DNA of 53,272 nucleotides from Octopus bimaculoides. Taxonomy: Eukaryota. Position 1 is the stretch's first letter; every line of letters begins with the position of its first letter. The position numbers and the translations under genes were made by a program. The notes under the pieces are model-generated. The model did no database searches. It was not told the origin of the DNA and worked only from the letters and a program-made list of their open reading frames with translations. The stretch spans positions 83,906,095-83,959,366 of the forward strand of contig NC_068981.1 in NCBI RefSeq assembly GCF_001194135.2, given 5' to 3'. Positions 24,876 through 36,150 of this stretch are shown here, in pieces.

Positions 24876-25662
24876 TAAAGAGGAGTTTCATTAGGTTACT
24901 TGAAAGAAAATAGGATGCACCATGTATTATGAATTCGAGTGTAGCTAACTTCGAAAATAAAGGTGAATGTAAGTCACAATAAACATTTCTAGATGACACT
25001 AACACGCTCGCTCCTACTACTCTCTGCACACTACTCGTGATTAGCGGTATAGCAACCAGTCCTCTTAGTACTATATTCTTCTAGATATTCCGCTTATAAC
25101 ACACATTTATATATGTACGTAACTACATACTCGATGTCTAATTCCACCAATAAGGCCATCGTTATATGCAACGTTATGATGCTTCTCTATTGGTATATAA
25201 TATTACGAACAAAAGCATGAATGCAAACTTCCAAGACTCCATGTCGTTTGGTGTGCATACGTGTTTTCATACGAAACGTTTTTTATACAACACTTTTAAG
25301 AAATAGGATACAGAAAACATCGAATATACATATTCTATATATAGTGTAGCGTATATCGTTGTGTGTGTCATAATATATATACATATATATGAGGTAACAA
25401 GTATAATGTGAAGGGGAGAGATGTGAAGAGAGTAGGGGAAAATAACACCGTGTACAAACTCTATGCTTGGAATTACCAATTTTAAATATTATTGGAACTT
25501 ACACACAAGGTACAGGAAACTTATTTGTATACCATTCTGCTTAAATAATGGAACCGCAGATACAATATCCTTGCTTGTCTCACGGGTGTTTTCATTCCTC
25601 CACTTCACTCGCTATTTCATATCTTCGCTACAATAACTATTGCTTAACCATTTTCTCGCACC

Positions 25663-25710
25663 GTCTCCGATGAAGGGATATATAAAATATCCCGGAAACA
25701 GCTGTAAGAC
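25663..25710 (+). ncRNA. Hammerhead ribozyme (type I, CCGAUGA variant core)
   Basis: GTCT-CCGATGA-A-GGGATAT(ATAAA)ATATCCC-G-GAAAC-AGCT-GTA-AGAC. Perfect 4-bp stem I, perfect 7-bp stem II, palindromic ACAGCTGT stem III. Confidence 0.8.
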
Positions 25711-25929
25711 CTCTTTATAAATGTTCTGAAGTCTTTCTCAGCCTCGAATTTTTATCTCATGCTGTTAATTATATATATATATATACGTGTGTGTGTGTGT
25801 GTGTGTGTATGTGTGTGTGTGTGTGTCTGGCCGAAACTGCAAAGACGATCTGCTTCTCGACTGAAGATTGAAAGCTGTGAATGTTTAATTGTTACCTGTT
25901 AGGTTCTTGTTCCAGTTTTTGTTTTGATT

Positions 25930-26021
25930 ATATATATATATATATATATGGGAGAATATACAAAAAATAACAACAGACGAGGACAGGTGGTGTAAATAAC
26001 AAAAGTATATATTAGTATGAC
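25930..26021 (-). mobile_element. 3' tail of an HHR-type element abutting (TA)n, body in gap
   Basis: Minus strand GTCATACTAATATAC..ACACCACCTGTCCTCGTCTGTTG..CTCCC(ATAT)n is homologous to the tail at 28000-28070 (GTCCAATTAATAC..CACCTGCCTTCGTCTTTTG). Confidence 0.6.
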
Positions 26022-26930
26022 NNNNNNNNNNNNNNNNNNNNNNNNNNNNNNNNNNNNNNNNNNNNNNNNNNNNNNNNNNNNNNNNNNNNNNNNNNNNNNN
26101 NNNNNNNNNNNNNNNNNNNNNNNNNNNNNNNNNNNNNNNNNNNNNNNNNNNNNNNNNNNNNNNNNNNNNNNNNNNNNNNNNNNNNNNNNNNNNNNNNNNN
26201 NNNNNNNNNNNNNNNNNNNNNNNNNNNNNNNNNNNNNNNNNNNNNNNNNNNNNNNNNNNNNNNNNNNNNNNNNNNNNNNNNNNNNNNNNNNNNNNNNNNN
26301 NNNNNNNNNNNNNNNNNNNNNNNNNNNNNNNNNNNNNNNNNNNNNNNNNNNNNNNNNNNNNNNNNNNNNNNNNNNNNNNNNNNNNNNNNNNNNNNNNNNN
26401 NNNNNNNNNNNNNNNNNNNNNNNNNNNNNNNNNNNNNNNNNNNNNNNNNNNNNNNNNNNNNNNNNNNNNNNNNNNNNNNNNNNNNNNNNNNNNNNNNNNN
26501 NNNNNNNNNNNNNNNNNNNNNNNNNNNNNNNNNNNNNNNNNNNNNNNNNNNNNNNNNNNNNNNNNNNNNNNNNNNNNNNNNNNNNNNNNNNNNNNNNNNN
26601 NNNNNNNNNNNNNNNNNNNNNNNNNNNNNNNNNNNNNNNNNNNNNNNNNNNNNNNNNNNNNNNNNNNNNNNNNNNNNNNNNNNNNNNNNNNNNNNNNNNN
26701 NNNNNNNNNNNNNNNNNNNNNNNNNNNNNNNNNNNNNNNNNNNNNNNNNNNNNNNNNNNNNNNNNNNNNNNNNNNNNNNNNNNNNNNNNNNNNNNNNNNN
26801 NNNNNNNNNNNNNNNNNNNNNNNNNNNNNNNNNNNNNNNNNNNNNNNNNNNNNNNNNNNNNNNNNNNNNNNNNNNNNNNNNNNNNNNNNNNNNNNNNNNN
26901 NNNNNNNNNNNNNNNNNNNNNNNNNNNNNN

Positions 26931-27110
26931 GTGAGAGAGGGGGGAGTACGGGAGAGGGGGGGAGGGGGGAGTACGAGAGAAGAGAGTGAGAGAGAGTAAG
27001 AGAGAGGAGAGAAAGAGTAGGGGTGAAGAGAAGTGGGAGTGGAGAGAAGTATGAAGAGAGGTACAAAGAAGTAGGAGTCGGAGCAGGAGGTGGGGGAGGG
27101 GAGAGATGGG
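26931..27110. repeat. Purine-rich GA/GGG low-complexity tract
   Basis: Direct reading. Confidence 0.85.
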
Positions 27111-27295
27111 TGGTAATACACACACATACATTTGAATCATGTGGAGAACTCTAAGTAAGGATTATTGCTCGGGTAAATGAAAACTTAAAATTTAAGTCTT
27201 CCATCTAAAACTGGTTCCTCCGGTATCATAGTTAAATTACAAGAACGATCGTCCTACTGATACATGTGTGTGTATTCGTGCGCGAGCATGTTTGT

Positions 27296-27357
<62 letters not shown>

Positions 27358-27942
27358 ATTCATGTAAATGTGCATGCATACAAGTACGTATGATATATGT
27401 ATGTAGGCAGGTACATTTGATGCATGTAAGGAATGTATTTTACTCACACTAAAGCCAATAATATTGTTTGTTACTGTTTCTTCTTTGATTTCTAGCAATA
27501 GCATATCCCTTTCTTCTTTTCATTTTTCCATCCCACTCGCACCTACCTCACTTTTTTCTCTTACCCTCCCTCTACCTTTCCTTTCTTTATCTTTCCTTTT
27601 GTTCTGCTTTTCCAGGCCATCGCTTCTTTTTCCTTTTCTCTCTTCACATCTCTTCCCTTCACTTTATACTTGTTACCCCTTTATGCACCCTCTGCCATGC
27701 TTTTATCATTCATTTATCATCACTGTTCTGCTTTGTCTTCGATTCCGGTGAGGATAGATTAAACTCTTTAAGGTCGTTCATTTATTTTCAACCGATCAGT
27801 GAACCAACAAAGGAAACCGATCAATGAACGAACCTATAGTGATTATCGGAAACAGCCATGAGTCGAACTTATTACAATAAAGAAATATGTGATGCCCATT
27901 ACTTATACCCAATCTTCTCTCTCAGTTTATTTTCTCTTATTC

Positions 27943-27978
27943 CTTTCTGTTCAAGAGCGTAGGCTTGAAAGGTAAAAG
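27943..27978 (+). ncRNA. Degenerate minimal hammerhead-like motif
   Basis: CTTT-CTGTTCA-A-GAGC(GTAG)GCTT-GAAA-GGTA-AAAG. Stems I and II pair; core mutated at A6, G8 and C15.2. Confidence 0.6.
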
Positions 27979-28126
27979 ACTTTTTCATTTTTCCCGAGCG
28001 TCCAATTAATACACTTGCTTCTTGCTCATACACCTGCCTTCGTCTTTTGTTTTTCTATAAATTTCAACAATATATATATTATATGTTACATATACATATA
28101 TTATAGACACACACACATATATATAT

Positions 28127-28222
<96 letters not shown>

Positions 28223-28225
28223 TAT

Positions 28226-28352
28226 CACGGGCTTCCAGTTTCAGTCAACCTAATCCACTCGCAAGGCTTTGGTCGTCTCGAGGCTATAGTATAAGACACT
28301 TGCCCAGAACCATGTGGTTGGGAAGCAAGCTTCTTACTAAATAGCCATTCCT
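28226..28352 (-). mobile_element. SINE family A, 5' part, internally deleted
   Basis: Antisense CCACTCGCAAGGCTTTGGTCG..GAGGCTATAG..GACACTTGCCCA..AACCATGTGGTTGGGAAGCAAGC. Confidence 0.88.
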
Positions 28353-29464
28353 ACATATATTATACATACATACATACATACATACATACATACATACACA
28401 CACATACACATACACACACGTATATATAAATATATCTGTATACAGATTTTGTATATATATATTGTTTATATATATATATGCGTGTGACTCTGTGTCTGTG
28501 TCTGTGTGCATGTACGTATGTTTGTATGTATGTATGTATGTAATGACGCTAGTATATATACCTGTGCATAATTTAGTTTGGCTTATTTACGATATTATAA
28601 CACCATATATACCTCAAATCAGAATCAAATTTGAAAATGATCGAGTGATCAGTCAGATTAATATTGAAGTTATCTCTTCAAAAACTCTGCTGACTGGTGA
28701 AAAATAGATTTCATTCGGTGTGGATGTCAGTGTAGATTTTTGACAATAGATATACGCTTGTGTATGGTGTTTACTGGTGCGTGTGCGTGTATTTGTGTAT
28801 GTATGCAATCTGTTTCAGACAGTGCGTTTGCTACGTATGTTTTCTTGTGTCTGTGAAAGAAATAGGTTATATTATCTCTTTTTACCAAATCACATCATAA
28901 TGTGTTAAATCACCTTGTGCTTCATTTGAGGCTCGAATTTGTCATCAAGTAATGAAACTTATTTGTTAAACTGTCATATTGAATTAAAGTTTAGACAGTT
29001 ATGGTTAAGCAGCATTAAGAACGCATTTTGTAAAGAAGCAAAGATGATCGCTATCAGTTGAGATACGGCTAAGTCAACAAAGTTATGCCACTGATATCTA
29101 ATTGTCTATAGATCTCTAGGCATTTGAACGAAATGTATTAGCTATCGAGGCTATTCACCACTCAATCAAAGACATTGTTTAAAGGTTCATATAGCAATAG
29201 TAACCTCAAATATTCAGTAATTAAGCTCTGTATCAAGGATGATTCTGTGGTGTTCAAGCGTCAATTAAAGAAATTTGCTCTTAATAAAAAAAAATCTCAA
29301 TTGTCTCGAAACACATTATCAGTCCGGCATCTTCTAGAAGCTCATTCCTGGAAGACCATCATGAGTAGCAGAGATGACGATATTCTTGACGTATTACAGA
29401 AATGGTTATTTATTTATGAAAGAGCTTGATGGTAGATTCTGCCAACCTCCTCTTGATTGTTATA

Positions 29465-29508
<44 letters not shown>

Positions 29509-29715
29509 NNNNNNNNNNNNNNNNNNNNNNNNNNNNNNNNNNNNNNNNNNNNNNNNNNNNNNNNNNNNNNNNNNNNNNNNNNNNNNNNNNNNNNNNNNNN
29601 NNNNNNNNNNNNNNNNNNNNNNNNNNNNNNNNNNNTAACAGAATCTGTATCACGTCCTCACGTTGTTGTTTTTTTTGTTGTTTTTTTTTTGTCTTATTCC
29701 TTTTTTGAACCTATG

Positions 29716-29748
<33 letters not shown>

Positions 29749-30307
29749 GTATGCATGTATGTATATGCATGTATGTATGTATTCATATATGTATGTGTAT
29801 ATATAAATGTATTTATGTATGTTGTTCTATATATTACCTCGAGCGTTTTATGAAAGAGAAGACCAATGGGAAGGTGACAAGCATCACCAATAGAAACTGC
29901 AGAAGTAATACGATCAAGACACGAAATCACAAATGATGTGGCAAAGATGCATGAATCTTCATTTTATTGAATTTTGCCAATTGTGATGAACTTCAATTAA
30001 GTGCTTCGATTTTTTTTTTGAAATATATTATTGAATTTTATCTACATATTTATTTATTTGAAAGACAAGATTTTCTACATTGATTTTACTACGTGTAAAC
30101 AATCTAAATTTTGCGAGATTTCGGAGTCACAGGACGCAGAGTGAAGAGAACAAGAGCAAGGGATACATTGAGAGGTTATTAGTATAAGAGTTGATTACTT
30201 AACGGGAAAATCATTGACATTTAGACAGATAATCAGATAGATAGGTAAATACATAGATAGATAGGTAGTTAGATGGATGATTGGATGTAGATAGATAGAC
30301 AGATAGG

Positions 30308-30353
<46 letters not shown>

Positions 30354-30561
30354 TAGATGGATTGTGAGATGTGAGCTGTGTGATGAAGGAAATGGTGAAG
30401 TAACAGAAGGAATTTCAAGCGCAATCAATCGTATAATGTCGTCAGCTGAAGGAGACATTTTTTCTATGAATCAGGAAGACAGCGATTGGACTCGCTATAA
30501 GAAATATTACTTCGATAATCGATGAAGATAGGGGTGATGACAGTTGCATCGACGCCGTTGA

Positions 30562-30583
30562 TGTAGTAGTAGTAGTAGTTGTT

Positions 30584-30626
<43 letters not shown>

Positions 30627-30640
30627 CAGCAGCAGCAACA
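30562..30640. repeat. (GTA)n/(GCA)n microsatellite
   Basis: Direct reading. Confidence 0.95.
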
Positions 30641-30749
30641 GCAGATATTATGATGATAGCCTTGGCAGTGGTGATAACAGTGGTAGTGGTGGTTGATGGT
30701 AGTAATACCATACCAGAAAAAATTGCAACTAGTGTGGGTAACTAAAAAC

Positions 30750-30911
30750 TATCCAAGTGGAAAAGAATCGGAACGAAGTGACGAGCTCTATAACGAACGT
30801 TAGCGGCGGTTGAGAGGGACGAATTTCTCGGGAGCACTTGGGCGTCGACGGGAATCAACTGTCTAGTCCGTTCCAGAGGACTTTAAGGGCTGAAGTTAAT
30901 TTTCAGAAACC
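30750..30911 (+). mobile_element. Short L1/Tx1-clade LINE fragment, paralogue of 31930-32090
   Basis: Colinear 160-bp direct repeat; translates LGVDGNQLSSPFQRTLRAEVNFQKP. Confidence 0.85.
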
Positions 30912-31193
30912 GTACTATTTCCCCTCATCGTCATCGTCGCTCTTCTTCTTTTCTACTTCTTCTTCTCCTCCTCCTCCTCCTCCTCCTCCTGCCCCTCTTG
31001 CTTCTCTTGCTCCTCCTTCTACTCCTTCACTCAATTTTTCCTTTTCATCACACTTCAATCTTCGATGGTTTGACGAATAGCAAATGCTGTACGTACACGG
31101 TTTTGCAGCAGCACTTTGCCGAATTGCTCTTCAGGAGAAACACTCAGGTGAAAGCAAACATCAATATTTGCCTGCTACGAGAGTGTGTCGTGA

Positions 31194-31239
31194 CTGCTGA
31201 CTGAAGACACGGAGTACTGCGTGAAACCGATTTCAGTAG
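31194..31239 (+). ncRNA. Hammerhead ribozyme (type I)
   Basis: CTGCTGA-CTGAAGA-C-ACG(GAGTACTG)CGT-GAAAC-CG-ATT-TCAGTAG. Stem I is 7 bp with one G-U; stem III is one substitution from the palindrome ACCGGT. Confidence 0.7.
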
Positions 31240-31318
31240 ATTTCCTCATATTTACAATTCTATATTCTTAATTGTTCTGCATATTTCTATTGTTTGGTCG
31301 TCGATATTTACTGGTTTC

Positions 31319-32805
31319 AAAACATGCGCCATCCCGAGCAAATCTATATATGACAACCTCTACTTCATGCGACGCGCGATGCATTATGGAGGGAATGTGC
31401 AAGGAATCTAGCATGCTTGAGGTCCTGATCAACATATATCAGCCCAAATATTTCAGTAGGGAAGACTACCAATACTTGGCAGTGGTCCTCACTGCAGCCA
31501 GTTTCGTTCCATCTTTCACAGTTCAGTCGCCGCAATGTACAGCACCATCTTTTCGGTAATTAGGGTGATTGTCCACATGTCGGAACTATTTAGCATCATG
31601 TTCTTGCTTATTCAAGGTTATCCCATCTCGCCTCTTCTCCACTGACTTTTGAGCTACTACTTCACAAACTGCAGATATGAAGAGGCGTCTGCATGAACCA
31701 GAATGCAGAAGAAAAGTGCTGGGTTATGCAGAGGCCGCGACCGAAATAATTTCAGATAACAAATACATCGAGATGATTGGAACCACTGTAAGGAAATACG
31801 AGGCGGTGGCAAAATCAACCAAGAAATTGAGTCTGCAGTCCAACACCCTGACAGGCAAATCCATAACATCCAACAATATCGTAAGCTGCTAGACGGAGTG
31901 ACAGACCAATTAAATTGGTTTGATCAAGATATCCAAGTGAAAAAGAATCGGACCGAAGTGACGAGCTTTTTAAAGAGTTAGTGGTGAGTGAGAGGGACAA
32001 ACTTCTCGGGAGCACTTGGGCATCGACGGGAATCAACTGTCTAGTCCATTCTCGAGGACTTTAAGGGCTGAAGGTTAATTTTCAGAAACCACTGATCTGG
32101 CAGTACTATTACTGGGGCAAAGGTATTGCCGGTTCTTGATAAATTCTACAGGCAAGTAAATGCCGTCAGCCGGGCCCCCTCTAAGATGCGTACAGGGTGT
32201 CGAAACTGTTCCTCTCACATTTATCTAGTGCTCGAGCGTTATTAGCTTCCGGAGTCATGTCGAACATCTGCTGCATTGCGCAGAACGAGTCCGGTTATTA
32301 GCTGAGTCCACTGTGAAGATCATTCCGTTGCCTTCCAGGCAGTGTTTATCTAACTATTGGCTTTAGCAAAAGCGGTTGTGTGTGGACCGGCTTGAAAGTA
32401 CTGAAGAGAGACACGTTCGTCTTTGGTCAAGTCTAATAAACTTCGACAAGTTTCACATAAAAGGGAAATTGAAAGTAGAGAGAGAAGTACTAACTCACAG
32501 AAAATTTGGTGAAAGGTGGATGAGAGCTTCAAATGCGGCCCTAGTAAACAAGCCTACTCTGAACATACACATGTAGATTGAATGTGAACAACAAGGAGAT
32601 GGCACTTACCTTAATGGTCAGATTTGCTGCTGTTTTGAGGGGTTTTGCAAGAGTGGAACCTGGCGTCTCCCTTTTCTGTGGGTATTATTCATTGTTTGTA
32701 ATTTGTTTCTTTCTTACTATCACTCTCCGTTTTCTTGTAATTCCGGTTTGTATTGACTTGGGACGTCCCCAGTATTTTTTAACTCTTAGCGGTTAATAAA
32801 GAAAA
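31319..32805 (+). mobile_element. L1/Tx1-clade LINE, 5'-truncated, internally deleted, decayed
   Basis: RT fragments TCAIPSKSIYDNLYFMR, YQYLAVVLTAASF, QGYPISPLL and degenerate YADD (GYAEAATEIISD..EMIGTTVRKYEAV). C-terminal LPVLDKFYRQ..ETV zinc-knuckle region and KLKVEREVL..FGERW. AATAAA at 32795. Confidence 0.85.
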
Positions 32806-32814
32806 CATCATTAC

Positions 32815-32888
<74 letters not shown>

Positions 32889-32940
32889 CCATCATCATCA
32901 TCATTACCATCATCATCATCATCATCACCATCATCATTAC
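32806..32940. repeat. (CAT)n microsatellite at the LINE 3' end
   Basis: Direct reading. Confidence 0.97.
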
Positions 32941-33022
32941 TCTGCCAAGGTTGATTCTGCCTTTCATTCTTTTAAGGTGGATGAGACTATATTAGAAAGA
33001 AGTATTATGATTATCATTATAA

Positions 33023-33420
33023 AGGCGGCGAGCTGGCAGAAACGTTAGCATGCCGGGCGAAATGCTTAGCGGTATTTCGTCTGCCGCTACGTTCTGAGTT
33101 CAAATTCCGCCGAGGTCGACTTTGCCTTTCATCCTTTCGGGGTCGATTAAATAAGTACCAGTTACGCACTGGGGTCGATATAATCGACTTAATCTGTTTG
33201 TCTGTCCTTGTTTGTCTCCTCTGTGCATAACCCCTTGTGGGCAGTAAAGAAATAGGTATTTCGTCCATCGCTAAGTTCTGAGTTCAAATTCCGCCGGGGT
33301 CGACTTTTCCTTTCATCCTTTCGGGGTCGATAAATCAAGTACCAGTGATACATTGTGGTCGATGTAATCGACTTTTCCCCTTTCCCCAAATTTCAGGACT
33401 TGTGCATATAGCAGAAAGGA
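33023..33420 (+). mobile_element. SINE family B, dimer-like (full unit plus headless second unit)
   Basis: Unit 1 runs 33023-33257; GTATTTCGTCC..GTTCTGAGTTCAAATTCCGCC..GTCGAC then repeats the body. Confidence 0.92.
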
Positions 33421-33439
33421 TTATTATTATTATTAGAAT

Positions 33440-33497
33440 TGGACGTCGGACGAAATGCTTAGAGGCATTTCGTTCGTCTTTATGTTTCGAGTTTGAA

Positions 33498-33500
<3 letters not shown>
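33440..33500 (+). mobile_element. SINE family B head fragment
   Basis: CGGACGAAATGCTTAGAGGCATTTCGTTCGTCTTTATG. Confidence 0.7.

Positions 33501-33551
<51 letters not shown>
33500..33551. repeat. (TTA)n microsatellite
   Basis: Direct reading. Confidence 0.97.
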
Positions 33552-33552
<1 letters not shown>

Positions 33553-33556
33553 TTAA

Positions 33557-33745
33557 GGCGGCGAGCTGACAGAATGGATAGCATGCTGGACGAAATGCTT
33601 AGTGGTATTTTGCCCGTCGCTAAGTCTTGAGCTCAAATTTCGCCGATCATCCTTTAGGGGTCCATGTAATAAGTACCAGTTGAACACTAGGGTCGATGTA
33701 ATTGACTCATTCCCTCCCCCAAAATAGCTGCTCTTGTGGGAAAAT
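33557..33745 (+). mobile_element. SINE family B, diverged
   Basis: GGCGGCGAGCTGACAGAA head; AATAAGTACCAG..GGGTCGATGTAAT. Confidence 0.88.
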
Positions 33746-33807
33746 CCCCACACTTTATGTCTGTCATTTGATCGTCCTTCGCTATTCTGGGAAATAAATG
33801 AAATCAT

Positions 33808-33844
<37 letters not shown>

Positions 33845-33845
33845 G

Positions 33846-33918
<73 letters not shown>

Positions 33919-33966
33919 CAGCAGCAGCAGCAGTAGAAGTACATGTAGTAGCAGCAGCAGTAGTAT

Positions 33967-33997
<31 letters not shown>
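33808..33997. repeat. Fold-back microsatellite (TAC)12-TG-(GTA)n
   Basis: TAC units at 33808-33843 are followed directly by their reverse complement from 33846. Confidence 0.95.
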
Positions 33998-33998
<1 letters not shown>

Positions 33999-35367
33999 TA
34001 GTGTTGTTGGCAGGGAAAATAGTTGCTGAAATGCCGAAACTGAACACTGACTGCAAGTGATGGTGGGCGATTAGCGTTAGTGGTGGGCGTTTCAGTTGAT
34101 GCTTTTCTTGAGGGCCATGTTGCTGAGAAGACACTGGCGCCGGTGATAACGGTGGTGATGGAGGTGGTGGTGGTGGTAGTGGTGGTAGTGGTAGTAGTGT
34201 TCGTGATGGTAGTGAAATTTTCGGTTGTAACTGAAACTACAAGCACCGATGTCATTTCATGTTGAAGAGCGACCTTATTAGCAATGACGGTGCTTTACTG
34301 GAGGTGGCGGCGGTGTTGGTTTGTGGTGGTGGTGGTGACTGGTGGTGGACGGTGTTGAGGACGCGGTGATAGTTGGTGTGTGGATGAAGCAGGCCGAAAT
34401 GATGGTAATCAATAGAAGTGTAATAAATCACTTTCGGTTTTATTCGTTAATAATCTCACACAGCTTCCTCTCATTTAATCCTCGAGATACCGGGGCTGTG
34501 GTGNNNNNNNNNNGGGGGGGGGAGGAAGCGCGATTGATCGCTAGGTTGACCGGTGTTGTCCGAATGAGGCACCTTGTACAAAACTGGGCCAGATTAATTT
34601 AACCTGGTTCGTTACATCATCCCACTACATCCAACCAATAAACAGGCAACATTTAGAATATTTTCCATTTGTTTGTTTAAATGCTCCTGCACAGTTTCAT
34701 TGCCTGCTTTCTTTCTTCTGTGTCCCAGCATTCCGCTGTCACTAACCTGCTCTTTAGAGGGCAACGAAACGTGTATTTCTATTACTTGCTCAATTTCTTT
34801 TATTTTGCCTAATTTTCGCCTTCGTTCAGTCAGTCAGTCTGCCTGTCTGTGCGTCTGTCTCTGTGAGTCTAACATCTCTCTCACTCTCTCGCTTTCTCTC
34901 GCTTTCTCTCTCCCTTTCTCGCTTGTTTTCTAACCCACATGCATTCTTCACCGTCACTTTCTCTCTTTATTTCATTCAAGAGAAGACACACACACATAAA
35001 CAGACACACTCACACACACGCACACACACACACACACATTATTTCTCTCTATATACATGCATATACATATATACATACATATACATATGTATATATAATA
35101 TATATATGTGTGTATGCGCGTGTGTCTGTGTACATATATACATACATATACACACACAGACTCACATATATGGATGTATATAATAATAACTTTTGCATTC
35201 ATTACTTCTTACTTCTACCTTATTATTTAATTCCTTTCTCTCTCCTCTTCTCTTTCGCTCCGTCCGCGTCTTCACTGTGTGTGTATGTGTGTACTTGTGT
35301 GTCTTGTGTGTGTGTCTGGTGTGTGTGTGTCTGGTGTGTGTGTGTCTGGTGTGTGTGTGTGTGTGTA

Positions 35368-35402
<35 letters not shown>

Positions 35403-35964
35403 TTCACTTTGTCCTGATGCCTTCAATTTCAATTATTTGCTTCTCTCACTAATATCACTCCTGCTTCCCTTATTTTTTACTCACTTTCTCACCTTTTCTG
35501 TCTTCCTCCTTTTCCTACCTCTGTCTCCAACTCTTTCTGTCACCCTATCTATAAAGTTGTTCAGCGCTCCACACATCGTTCATTTATCTGTTGTGAATAA
35601 AAGCAAAATAAACTATATTAAAGAACATAAAACAAAACTGTCTCTCATCCGATAGATTTATTTGTGCTGAGGATTTCTATGAATCATGTAGGCTTTGCAT
35701 GTACAGATACTCATCTCTTTACCCTCTGTGGCTAAGGTTATCTAGTTTGATGACAAAACAATCCATAAACATGTGCCGTATTTTATGAAGAGAAAACCAG
35801 TGCTAGTTACCTTATTAGACCCCACACAAATAAACATTTACGCCCATTCTTATCTAATCCCAAACAGAATTAATATGAGAACCAAGAGTGTTGGAAATGG
35901 GATACAATTCACATTAATCTCTGAATAGGTGGTTTCAACAGAAGATAGTGTTCTGGAAGTTTTA

Positions 35965-36150
35965 ATGAAAGTTGCATGGCCTTGTGGTCTGGGCTGTTCG
36001 AGTCATAATTGTAGTTCAATTCCTTCAGTTGCTCTCCTTGAGCAAACCATTTCATATTACGCGTCCTCAGCTGCAATGAGGCCTGGCTGCGTGTTCGTGC
36101 AACCCTCTCTCAATCCTCTTTTCTCATATTGGATATATGTGAGCCAATGA
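35965..36150 (+). mobile_element. Old CORE-like SINE remnant
   Basis: A-box-like TGGCCTTGTGG, TAGTTCAATTCC, CCTTGAGCAAACCATTT. Confidence 0.45.

Noticed and set aside
25822-25850. GGCCGAAACTGCAAAGAC as the 3' half of a second hammerhead
   Set aside because: No NUH triplet in register and no upstream core.
29175-29429. 84-aa ORF
   Set aside because: No motif, weak start, and within chance expectation.
31080-31240. Initially read as the upstream part of the Tx1 RT
   Set aside because: Better explained by the hammerhead fold; clear RT homology starts only at about 31319.
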